Assembly (NCBI GenBank): GCA_016188545.1
Contig: JACPHO010000001.1
Coordinates: forward strand, 483,324 to 547,323
Length of the DNA: 64,000 nucleotides
Direction of reading: 5' to 3'
Source of the DNA: Candidatus Shapirobacteria bacterium
GTDB lineage: Bacteria; Patescibacteriota; Microgenomatia; UBA12405
The notes under the pieces were generated by a model. It was not told the origin of the DNA. It saw nothing but the letters and a program-made list of their open reading frames with translations, and searched no databases. The translations under genes were made by a program, and so were the position numbers. Shown in pieces: positions 1 to 7,908 of this stretch. Each line of letters begins with the position of its first letter. Positions within the stretch are counted from its first letter, which is position 1.

Positions 1-215
1 ATTAGGTCAACAAAATATGACAATTCATCGATCTTTTCAGCGATAGCATCTGCAAAATAGACTTTATTTTTCCGCTTTAGGGTAGTGACTACATTAAGTA
101 GATCTATTGGAGGCAGTACTACACCAGCTCCAGCGCTGTACCCCAAGCCACCAGCCATATCGCGATTAATCGACTTATCCATTGATGGTGGATTTAGTAC
201 TAATATCCGTTTCAT
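1..215 (-). CDS. B12-binding domain radical SAM protein, N-terminal part (runs off window start)
   Basis: Manual translation from ATG at 215 (TAATG overlap with upstream gene): MKRILVLNPPSMDKSINRDMAGGLGYSAGAGVVLPPIDLLNVVTTLKRKNKVYFADAIAE; the ILVLNPP...PP.DL...DAIAE pattern is typical of cobalamin-binding N-domains of radical SAM enzymes. CxxxCxxC motif lies outside the window. Confidence 0.6.
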   Translation of the reverse strand, partial: MKRILVLNPPSMDKSINRDMAGGLGYSAGAGVVLPPIDLLNVVTTLKRKNKVYFADAIAEKIDELSYFVDL

Positions 216-1930
216 TATTTTGGTTGTCCTTTTAGCTGTACTAACGCCTCTTGTGCTTGACGATACTGTGGATAAGCTTTAACTAACCTTTCAAGTACAT
301 CTATCGCTTGTTGAGTCTCGTTACGTTGTGACAGTACTACGGCCAAGATATAGTGAGTGGTTGGATCATTCGGATTTACCTGCAGCGCAGTCTTGGCGTG
401 GTTAAGGGCACTATCTAAGTCTTTTTCAATCAAGTCGATATTTATCAAGCTTAAGTATGTCTGGTACAAACTAGGATTATAGTACAGTGCAGTGTTGTAG
501 CTTTGTCGAGCCAGATCATTTCTTCCTATTTTAAAGAAAATATTCGCTCGGTTATGATAGGCATCCGCATAGTTTGGTTTAATTACTGTAGATTGAGAAA
601 ACCCCTTCACTGCATCATCGTACTGCTTAAGCTTATCGTAGTCATCCCCGATATTGTTCCAAGCGTTATGTGAGTTCGGAGACACTTGGCAGGTGTTAAC
701 CCACAACTTGTGATTTGTCGTCCAATCAATGTTTCGCAGCATTAGTCTGACACTAAAAAGTGACAATATTACCACCATAATTCCGCCCGTCATCAGCTTT
801 ACTTTTGTAGACATCTCCTGAAGAATTAAAGCTAAGAATAGACAAAATCCCAAGGAACCAAGATAAGCATACCTTTCCGCCACCAACCAGCTAACTTTTA
901 CTGGCATCATCGAGGGCAGAATCGCTACAAATATAAACATTAGTGCAAAAGCATGTCGCTTATCTTTCCAGGCAAAATAACCTATTAGTGCTAAGTAAGT
1001 TAGCAGTATTGCCCAATTTAACCAAATCGGGAAAACATACATGGTGTGATATAGAGTCAAGTCAATCGGCACCCACAAAAGTTGTAAGTACTTTGCCACT
1101 CCGGTAGGGTACTGAAAAAACGGATTATAAAACAGACTATCTGAAGCGTTTACACCAGCGTTAACTACACCTACCCTGGTCATAATATGGGGCCAAACAA
1201 TCACCGCAATTATAGCCATCGGAATTAAGGTTAAAGGCCAATACTTCCACCACTTGTTTCTTCGGATATCAATTCCCGCTAACCACAGATACAAGGGGAT
1301 TATTAAAAACAAAGAAAAAGGTCTGGGATTGTCAGTTAGGAAACCCAACACAAATGATCCGAATGTCCCAACTAAGTACCAGATGTTTTCTGTCTCAACA
1401 AATTTAACAAACCAAATCATCGATAAAAGCACATACATCGCAATCAGTAGATAAGGCTTTCCCGATATCCAAGTCACTGCTTCCACATGAATTGGATGGA
1501 CTGCAAACAAGCTCAAAGTGATCCACGCTACACCACGACCAAACAAGTGATAAATAAAAACAAATGCCAAGTAGCAAGTAATCAAATACAAGAACAAACT
1601 ATTCAAATGAAAGGGGAGCGGCACCACCCCAAACATCTTTGCCACCACACTATTTATAAAATAGGTCGAGGCCCCGCCACGAAATGCATATGACCACTTA
1701 GTTATTTCCGGATTATTAAGAATTGTGGCATAGTCATCTGAGACAAAAGCTGCATTCATTCCATTGGCAAATACCGCCACAACAGCCACAGTTATCATTA
1801 CCAAAAATATCCAATTTTCTTTGATTATTTTAATTATCTGCAAAGGCTCACCCCCAAATGCTGGACTCAAATTTACTCCCACCTTCAACTCAGAAAGCTT
1901 ACGTATCTTTTTTAGCCTTTTTTGAGACAT
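215..1930 (-). CDS. TMTC-like GT-C membrane glycosyltransferase with C-terminal TPR repeats
   Basis: FVSDDY near N-terminus, FAVHPIHVEAVTWISG, AERYAYL, about 10 TM segments, then TPRs (AWNNIG..Y, AYHNRA). Confidence 0.8.
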   Translation of the reverse strand: MSQKRLKKIRKLSELKVGVNLSPAFGGEPLQIIKIIKENWIFLVMITVAVVAVFANGMNAAFVSDDYATILNNPEITKWSYAFRGGASTYFINSVVAKMFGVVPLPFHLNSLFLYLITCYLAFVFIYHLFGRGVAWITLSLFAVHPIHVEAVTWISGKPYLLIAMYVLLSMIWFVKFVETENIWYLVGTFGSFVLGFLTDNPRPFSLFLIIPLYLWLAGIDIRRNKWWKYWPLTLIPMAIIAVIVWPHIMTRVGVVNAGVNASDSLFYNPFFQYPTGVAKYLQLLWVPIDLTLYHTMYVFPIWLNWAILLTYLALIGYFAWKDKRHAFALMFIFVAILPSMMPVKVSWLVAERYAYLGSLGFCLFLALILQEMSTKVKLMTGGIMVVILSLFSVRLMLRNIDWTTNHKLWVNTCQVSPNSHNAWNNIGDDYDKLKQYDDAVKGFSQSTVIKPNYADAYHNRANIFFKIGRNDLARQSYNTALYYNPSLYQTYLSLINIDLIEKDLDSALNHAKTALQVNPNDPTTHYILAVVLSQRNETQQAIDVLERLVKAYPQYRQAQEALVQLKGQPK

Positions 1931-2013
1931 ATATTCATTTATTCTATTAGATTTTTTAAACTTGTGGACAGTTTAATCTCACTATGACAAAGGCGCATGT
2001 TTTTTTCTTTGGG

Positions 2014-2913
2014 TCATAGTTTCCACTTAGGAGTATATCCTAAATATCTCTTTGCCTTTTCGTATGTAAAGTTCATGTTTACCACTTCACCAAGACCAAA
2101 CAATCTAAGGCAAAATCGGGGGATTCTGATCTTTAGATAACTCTTTCCGCACCTCTTGGACATTTCTTCAAGATAATCACCAGTGGTAATACTTTCTCCA
2201 GATAATATATATTCTTCACCTAGTTTTCCTTTTTCCAGTGCCAGAATTATCCCCTCGGCTACATCACGAACCTCCACAAAATTCATAATCCGACCCCGAT
2301 CCCCTACAGCCGCCATCAATCCACCAGGGATCCCACCTCCCACATTGTTCCATAGCCATTTTATTATTGGGTTAGTCGTCATAAACTGTTCTCTCCCAAA
2401 AATCTCATGGTCAATTACTGTACTTGGCATTACCGTGATTACTTTTCGTTTTGAGTTACGGGTTAACTTCAATGCCAGAAGTTTTGAACGAATATATTTA
2501 TCAACTCCACCGCTTTTTTTAAGATCCCACTTTTCGTCCCTAGCATCTTTTCCGGTATCACTGTAAACCACTACGCTAGAAGCGAGCAGTAGTCGGCTAG
2601 TTTTTGGTGCTAATTTTAGTATTGTCTTTACACTATCTATATTTACGTCCTTAAATGTTTTCCAGGGAAGGCTACTATCCATTTCTACGGCCAAGTGGAT
2701 TATCCCATAAGTATTGGTAAACAATTTATATAGAATTTTATTATCATTTATATCTCCTCGGATAATCTCCAGTTTCTCATCCATTTGCCAATGAAAACTT
2801 GATTCATTCCTCACAAATGCCCGAACAATACAACCTCTCTCCAAAAGCTTTTTAACCACCACTTTTCCGATCACTCCGGATGCTCCAGTTACTGCCACAA
2901 TTCTTTTTTCCAT
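2014..2913 (-). CDS. NAD-dependent epimerase/dehydratase (extended SDR)
   Basis: VTGASGVIG Rossmann motif, IHLA, YxxSK (YIRSK), V+DVA.G. Confidence 0.85.
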   Translation of the reverse strand: MEKRIVAVTGASGVIGKVVVKKLLERGCIVRAFVRNESSFHWQMDEKLEIIRGDINDNKILYKLFTNTYGIIHLAVEMDSSLPWKTFKDVNIDSVKTILKLAPKTSRLLLASSVVVYSDTGKDARDEKWDLKKSGGVDKYIRSKLLALKLTRNSKRKVITVMPSTVIDHEIFGREQFMTTNPIIKWLWNNVGGGIPGGLMAAVGDRGRIMNFVEVRDVAEGIILALEKGKLGEEYILSGESITTGDYLEEMSKRCGKSYLKIRIPRFCLRLFGLGEVVNMNFTYEKAKRYLGYTPKWKL

Positions 2914-2953
2914 TCCGTTATTTTAACTTAATTTTTTAAATCCATCACTTAAT

Positions 2954-3024
2954 GTTCTATGGCACTGAGCACTAGAGTTCTATCTTTCAAAAGTTCTATA
3001 GCTCTAACGTTCTATCGTTCTAAC
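2954..3024 (+). repeat. Degenerate 8-bp tandem array (octamer family), intergenic in divergent promoter region
   Basis: GTTCTATG GCACTGA GCACTAGA GTTCTATC TTTCAAAA GTTCTATA GCTCTAAC GTTCTATC GTTCTAAC, directly upstream of TATAAT at 3028-3033. Confidence 0.8.
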
Positions 3025-3042
3025 ATATATAATAGATTCGTG

Positions 3043-3840
3043 ATGTCTCTACTCAAAGAAGTTCGTGCAGTCGTCAAATGGCGAGAGCTGTTGTGGCAGA
3101 TGGTCAGCCGCGAGGTCATAGCCCGATACAAGCAGTCCATTCTCGGATATTTTTGGGTTATCCTAAACCCCCTAGCTCAGATGTTGGTCATGTCCTTTGC
3201 CTTCTCTATCATCATGCGCATTCCTACCAGCGCCTCATCCAATATCCCTTATTCAATTTTCCTATTTGTTGGTTTACTTCCCTGGACATTGTTTTCAAAC
3301 TCTCTCAGTTCTTCCTGTGCCTCTTTGGTTGGATCGGCACCACTTATTACCAAAATCTATTTTCCTCGAACAATTTTAGTTATCGCCACTACTATTGCCA
3401 AAATAATTGACTTCTTATTTGCCCTGTCGATTCTTGTTTTCTACATGGTCGCATACCAAATACCAATATCATTCAATATACTTTGGGTAATTCCAATTTT
3501 TATTATCCAACAAATATTTACTTTGGGATTATCACTCTTCTTAGCAGCAGCAAACCTACTATATAGAGATATTCAATATCTTTTAACACTGATACTTACA
3601 CTTTGGATGTACCTTACCCCTATTTTTTATCCTATAGATATTGTTCCAGAAAACTATCGATTTATTTTTCAGTTCAATCCTTTGACTGTAATAGTTAACG
3701 CTTATAGGCAAACTATCTTGGGTAATGGTGCTCCAAACTTTACAAGTTTATCTATTGCCTTTATTCTTTCGATTATTTCACTTTTAATAGGACTTTCATA
3801 TTTCAAATCCAGGGAAAAAATATTTGCAGATAATATTTAG
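3043..3840 (+). CDS. wzm: ABC-2 polysaccharide export permease (Wzm)
   Basis: RYKQSILGYFWVILNPL, LITKIYFPR, YRDIQY, NPL motifs. Start placed at ATG 3043 (or GTG 3040) after TATAAT; the longer ORF only reads through the repeat array. Confidence 0.92.
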   Translation: MSLLKEVRAVVKWRELLWQMVSREVIARYKQSILGYFWVILNPLAQMLVMSFAFSIIMRIPTSASSNIPYSIFLFVGLLPWTLFSNSLSSSCASLVGSAPLITKIYFPRTILVIATTIAKIIDFLFALSILVFYMVAYQIPISFNILWVIPIFIIQQIFTLGLSLFLAAANLLYRDIQYLLTLILTLWMYLTPIFYPIDIVPENYRFIFQFNPLTVIVNAYRQTILGNGAPNFTSLSIAFILSIISLLIGLSYFKSREKIFADNI

Positions 3841-3843
3841 TCA

Positions 3844-3878
3844 CGTCATTGCGAGCAAAGGAATGAGTGTGACAATCT
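3844..3878 (+). repeat. Degenerate REP-like element (GTCATTGCGAG...CAATCT type)
   Basis: CGTCATTGCGAGCAAAGGAATGAGTGTGACAATCT immediately after the wzm stop; a weak inverted counterpart AGATTTGCCACAC lies at 5156-5168. Confidence 0.5.
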
Positions 3879-3905
3879 TTGGACCTCTGCCCATTACTAC
3901 ACAAA

Positions 3906-4088
3906 TCACTTTCCAAACAATATCCCATATTCGACATTACCTTCGTCAACTCTTATCTGTGCAATATCAATAGCATCACCAATATTATTCCCTTTCCCAA
4001 GTTTAGCAATCACTCTACCGTCACTTGCACAACGCTCCACAACAGTGAATCGCTTTCTAGATATGTAAATATAGTTATCTGTACTCAT
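3906..4088 (-). CDS. Small hypothetical protein downstream of RhuM-Fic gene
   Basis: 60-aa ORF starting 1 nt after the RhuM-Fic stop on the same strand. Confidence 0.55.
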   Translation of the reverse strand: MSTDNYIYISRKRFTVVERCASDGRVIAKLGKGNNIGDAIDIAQIRVDEGNVEYGILFGK

Positions 4089-4089
4089 A

Positions 4090-5064
4090 TTACTTTATTA
4101 AATTGACCACCAGTTTTACTAAAATATCTTTCTCTTTAGGTTCACTAGTGGCTATTAAGAGTGCCAACGCCACCAAAGCACGATCATTAATTTTCTTTTG
4201 GCCTACTGTATTCAACAATAATTTGTTTTGATTTAAGTAATATACAAACAACATTGAACCAATCCGTTTATTACCGTCAATAAACGGATGATCTTTAATT
4301 ACCAAATAAAGCAGGTTCGCAGCTTTTTCCTCTATGCTTTTATATAAATACTTACCACCAAATGTCTGATCAATTGTTCCGATAACAGATTTCAACTTAT
4401 CACCATTCATCTGACCAAAAAATTCCGTCAACTTACCCTCATAGTTCCGTTTGATGCTTTCGATGAATTTGATAGCCATTGTATACGACAGCTCAAATCC
4501 TGTCTTGTAGCTTAGTTCTCCTAGTGTCAGCTTACCCTCATCGTATTTTGTTAAAAGATATATAGAATTTGTGTAATCAGAAATCAGTTCCAACATCGAA
4601 TCGATTTCACCTTTTAGCTGAGGAAGTTTGGACTTTGATGTAATCAAACCAACACTTTGCTTAAGCATCTCTAGTTGGTGATTCTGCTCAAGCAATCTTT
4701 TCTTGTTAACAACATATCCTTTTACTAAGTAATTTTTCAGTATCTTTGTAGCCCATATCCTAAACTTTGTACCTTGTACTGAATTAACCCTGTATCCCAC
4801 AGAAATAACCACGTCTAGGTTATAAAAATTAGTCAAGTAGCTCTTTCCGTCACCAGCAGTTATCCGGTATTTCCGGATAACTGACTTTCTATCTAGTTCT
4901 TTGTCATCAAAAACTTTTAAAGTATGTTCATTTATGGTTCGAACATCCTTACCAAATAGTTCCGCCATTTGTTTCTGACTAAGCCAAACTGTTTTTCCAT
5001 CAAAACTAACTCTGAGATCAATGTTTCCATTTGGTGATTTATATAACACAATTTTGTTTTTCAT
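4090..5064 (-). CDS. RhuM/Fic (Doc) family protein
   Basis: N-terminal RhuM-type motifs TVWLSQKQMAELF, YNLDVVISVGYRVNS, FRIWAT; C-terminal Fic motif HPFIDGNKR. Confidence 0.93.
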   Translation of the reverse strand: MKNKIVLYKSPNGNIDLRVSFDGKTVWLSQKQMAELFGKDVRTINEHTLKVFDDKELDRKSVIRKYRITAGDGKSYLTNFYNLDVVISVGYRVNSVQGTKFRIWATKILKNYLVKGYVVNKKRLLEQNHQLEMLKQSVGLITSKSKLPQLKGEIDSMLELISDYTNSIYLLTKYDEGKLTLGELSYKTGFELSYTMAIKFIESIKRNYEGKLTEFFGQMNGDKLKSVIGTIDQTFGGKYLYKSIEEKAANLLYLVIKDHPFIDGNKRIGSMLFVYYLNQNKLLLNTVGQKKINDRALVALALLIATSEPKEKDILVKLVVNLIK

Positions 5065-5069
5065 AACTA

Positions 5070-5098
5070 ATACTAAACCGAAGAATACCCGAAGTCAA
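5070..5098 (-). promoter_or_regulatory. Sigma70-type promoter of RhuM-Fic gene (probably leaderless)
   Basis: Minus strand: TTGACT, 17 nt, TAGTAT, 5 nt, ATG. Confidence 0.7.
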
Positions 5099-5124
5099 TA
5101 AACCAAACCCGAATCCATACCGAA
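5078..5124 (-). promoter_or_regulatory. Two TTCGG-N6-TTCGG direct-repeat operators (candidate LexA/SOS boxes)
   Basis: Minus strand TTCGG-TATGGA-TTCGG (5109-5124) and TTCGG-GTATTC-TTCGG (5078-5093); the latter fills the -35/-10 spacer. Confidence 0.7.
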
Positions 5125-5225
5125 CTTGTTAAGATGTTAAAATGTTATGAACAATAGATTTGCCACACAACACACGCTAAGTAACAACCCATGAAAAATC
5201 AAACAACAAATCCACATCCAAACAC

Positions 5226-5260
5226 AGAACTTTGGAACGTTAGTTCTATGGATCTTTAGA
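5226..5260 (-). repeat. Octamer array, left (inverted) arm abutting the four-helix-bundle ATG
   Basis: Reverse complement reads TCTAAA GATCCATA GAACTAAC GTTCCAAA GTTCT; the array ends at the base before ATG 5261. Confidence 0.85.
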
Positions 5261-5620
5261 ATGAAATTTATAGACTTAAAAATCTGGGAAAAAAGTCATA
5301 AGCTGACGATTGAAATCTACAAACTCTGTAAAAAATTACCAAATACCGAAACGTTCGGAATAATATCACAGATTCAAAGATCGTCTTCATCGATCCCTGC
5401 CAACATTGCCGAAGGATTTGGAAGAAAAGGCAAGAAAGAGTTTATTCAATTTTTATACCAGGCGAAAGGATCACTTACCGAAACAGAATATTTTTTAATA
5501 TTAATCAAAGATCTAAATTATGTTGATAATATTGGAATCGAGAAATTAATATTTGAATACGAAATATTAGCTAAAATGCTAAACTCCTTTATCACTCAAC
5601 TCAAAGCAAAAAATGTCTAA
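5261..5620 (+). CDS. Four helix bundle protein (23S rRNA intervening-sequence protein / Avd-like family)
   Basis: F.DLKIWEKSH.L...IY...LP..E.FG..SQ..RSSSSIPANIAEGFGR...KEF.QFL..AKGSL.ET family signature. Confidence 0.93.
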   Translation: MKFIDLKIWEKSHKLTIEIYKLCKKLPNTETFGIISQIQRSSSSIPANIAEGFGRKGKKEFIQFLYQAKGSLTETEYFLILIKDLNYVDNIGIEKLIFEYEILAKMLNSFITQLKAKNV

Positions 5621-6368
5621 AGATCTAAAGCCCCAACTCTCTAAAGCTCATGATCAAACGGTTATATCGTTTGATCATGTCACCAAAGATTTTTCCCGAA
5701 ACAATCAAAAAACTTTCAAAGAATTCCTTCCCGCCCTTTTCTATGGTGAAAAAACAGTCGACAGATTCACGGTTTTTAGCGATATCTCTTTTGAGATCAA
5801 AAAAGGGGAGTGTGTTGGTATTATCGGTCCAAACGGAAGTGGCAAATCAACTATTCTCAAACTCATTGCCGGTGTCATGAGTCCCAATAAAGGCAAAGTC
5901 CGTGTCCACGGTAAAGTCTCCCCCCTTATCGAGCTAGGAGCCGGTATGCACCCCGAACTTACCGGCAGGGAGAATGTCTATCTCAATGGCGCAATTTTAG
6001 GACTTAGCGGTCAGCAGATTAACAATAATTTTCAAAGTATTTTAGACTTTTCCGAACTATCCGAATTTATCGACCAACCTGTCAAACACTATAGTTCCGG
6101 CATGTACATGCGACTTGCTTTTAGTATTGCCATCCACGTTGATCCCGAGATACTTATCGTCGACGAAATTCTCGCAGTAGGAGACTCTGCTTTTCAGGCA
6201 AAGTGTTTTGCCAAAATGGAAGAATTCAAGAAAAACGGTGTAACCATAATTTTTGTCTCCCACTCAATGGAACACATAAAATCTTTTTGCAGTCGAGCTA
6301 TTTATCTTAATCAACACCAGATCCAGCATGATGGTCCCCCTGAAGCTGTCATATCTAAGTACTGCTAA
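5613..6368 (+). CDS. wzt: ABC polysaccharide export ATP-binding protein (Wzt), no C-terminal carbohydrate-binding domain
   Basis: Walker A GPNGSGKST, YSSGM signature, ILIVDEILAVGD; N-terminus MSKDLKPQLSKA is encoded by the octamer array. Confidence 0.93.
   Translation: MSKDLKPQLSKAHDQTVISFDHVTKDFSRNNQKTFKEFLPALFYGEKTVDRFTVFSDISFEIKKGECVGIIGPNGSGKSTILKLIAGVMSPNKGKVRVHGKVSPLIELGAGMHPELTGRENVYLNGAILGLSGQQINNNFQSILDFSELSEFIDQPVKHYSSGMYMRLAFSIAIHVDPEILIVDEILAVGDSAFQAKCFAKMEEFKKNGVTIIFVSHSMEHIKSFCSRAIYLNQHQIQHDGPPEAVISKYC
5616..5649 (+). repeat. Octamer array, right arm; supplies the four-helix-bundle stop codon and the Wzt N-terminus
   Basis: TCTAAA GATCTAAA GCCCCAAC TCTCTAAA GCTC; 5616-5625 TCTAAAGATC is the exact reverse complement of 5251-5260 GATCTTTAGA. 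Confidence 0.8.
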
Positions 6369-6376
6369 AATAAACT

Positions 6377-6598
6377 ATGTCACACGACCGGATACTTACA
6401 AATCAACTTGATCCCAAACAGGCAATCACCATCATTAGTAGACTAACCCAGACCATAAACAAGCAAAACAAACAGCTGTTAATGGAAATTAACAACATCC
6501 AGCTACAAATATCTTATTTCGAAAATAATATTAAACTAATAAAATCATCAAAATATTACCATTTTATAAACTTTATAAAATCAACCATTCTCAGTTAA
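6377..6598 (+). CDS. Small coiled-coil hypothetical protein
   Basis: 73-aa ORF in operon, TAATG-coupled to the next gene; ends in an IKSSKYY-type tail like those of glycan chain-length/terminator proteins. Confidence 0.55.
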   Translation: MSHDRILTNQLDPKQAITIISRLTQTINKQNKQLLMEINNIQLQISYFENNIKLIKSSKYYHFINFIKSTILS

Positions 6599-7908
6599 TG
6601 AAAAAGACGTTCACCCAGGTGTATTCTCAATACATTACTCAAAAGAAACTAAACGCTAGCCTCAAAAAAAAAATATGGCGTCTACGTACCCACCGCTTTA
6701 TCGCTTGGAATGACTTTAACAAGCTAACCTCCGTCATATCATTCAGATTGTGGCAACAGTACAATCACTTCAAAAAGTATCTTGTAAAACCGGTTTTTCT
6801 ATTCCCCTTTAAATCAATTTTCATCGTAGTTTACCTAGCCATCACCATCTGTCTATATTTTATATATAAGATATTCCACTTCTCATCCTCTTTTTTCTCA
6901 AAACCATTACCACTTTCATCACTCCAGGCCGAAATTGATGGTGTCAGTTTCATAATACCTACCTGGAACAAGGCAAAGATGGTTACCGACTGTGTCAAGA
7001 AACTGTCTTCTATTCTCGAAATAGAGTCGCCAAAAGTAAAAAAAGAAATCATTATCGTCAACAACGGTTCAGCCGATAATACAATCAAATCAATTACCTC
7101 GATCAATAGCTCAATTTCAATTAGATTAATCAATCTTCCCAAAAATGTCGGATTTGCCTCCGCCATTAATCTTGGAGTCATTGAATCCATGTACAACTAT
7201 ATCTATCTGATGAATAACGACATGATTCCCACCCCCACTTTTCTTTCGTCAATCATCAATTTTGCCCAAGCCAAAATTAACCAAGGCTCAAAATTCTTTG
7301 GCATATCATCTCAAATATTCTTTTTTGATAAGAACAAAAGACGGGAGGAATCGGGTAAAACATATATATATCCCTATTTTGGAATTATCCGCGCTGGTCA
7401 CATCGTCAACTCCAGCAACCTCCAAGACCCCTCGCCCACTTGTTATCCCGGGGGTGGTTCATCACTTCTCAACAAGCATATTTTTCAAAAACTTGGCGGC
7501 TACAATTCCACTATTTACCGGCCTATGTATTGTGAAGATTTGGACCAGGGATTTCTAGCATGGCAATACGGTTTTCCTTCATATTTTGTTCCCCAGTCAC
7601 ACATCATCCACCATCATCGTTCTAGTTCCAAGAAGCTAACTACCGACCCATCACATTATTTGTTCAAAAACTTACTCACATTTAGCCTTAAAAACATTAC
7701 CAGCTTCTCCCTCTTTCTAAAACATATTTTTTACTTTCCGATTTTATCCATAATAGACGATCATCATTTTAACTATCTACTTGGAGTGTTACCTATAATA
7801 CCGTCAATTTATCTCTACAAAGTTCGCTCGCTAAAATACAAATACATGCATCAAGACACCAGTCTATTTGACTTTATAAAATTTGAAGTAAAAAATGATC
7901 AATTCTAA
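6598..7908 (+). CDS. Glycosyltransferase family 2
   Basis: SFIIPTWN, IIIVNNGSAD, N.GFASA.N.G, LMNND, YCEDLD. Confidence 0.9.
   Translation: MKKTFTQVYSQYITQKKLNASLKKKIWRLRTHRFIAWNDFNKLTSVISFRLWQQYNHFKKYLVKPVFLFPFKSIFIVVYLAITICLYFIYKIFHFSSSFFSKPLPLSSLQAEIDGVSFIIPTWNKAKMVTDCVKKLSSILEIESPKVKKEIIIVNNGSADNTIKSITSINSSISIRLINLPKNVGFASAINLGVIESMYNYIYLMNNDMIPTPTFLSSIINFAQAKINQGSKFFGISSQIFFFDKNKRREESGKTYIYPYFGIIRAGHIVNSSNLQDPSPTCYPGGGSSLLNKHIFQKLGGYNSTIYRPMYCEDLDQGFLAWQYGFPSYFVPQSHIIHHHRSSSKKLTTDPSHYLFKNLLTFSLKNITSFSLFLKHIFYFPILSIIDDHHFNYLLGVLPIIPSIYLYKVRSLKYKYMHQDTSLFDFIKFEVKNDQF

Noticed and set aside
1962-1970. DnaA-box-like TTGTGGACA
   Set aside because: Single imperfect match with no cluster or origin context.
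2959-3042. N-terminal extension of Wzm in the ORF track (MALSTRVLSFKSS...)
   Set aside because: It is read-through of the repeat array upstream of a TATAAT box; the family-like sequence begins near 3043.
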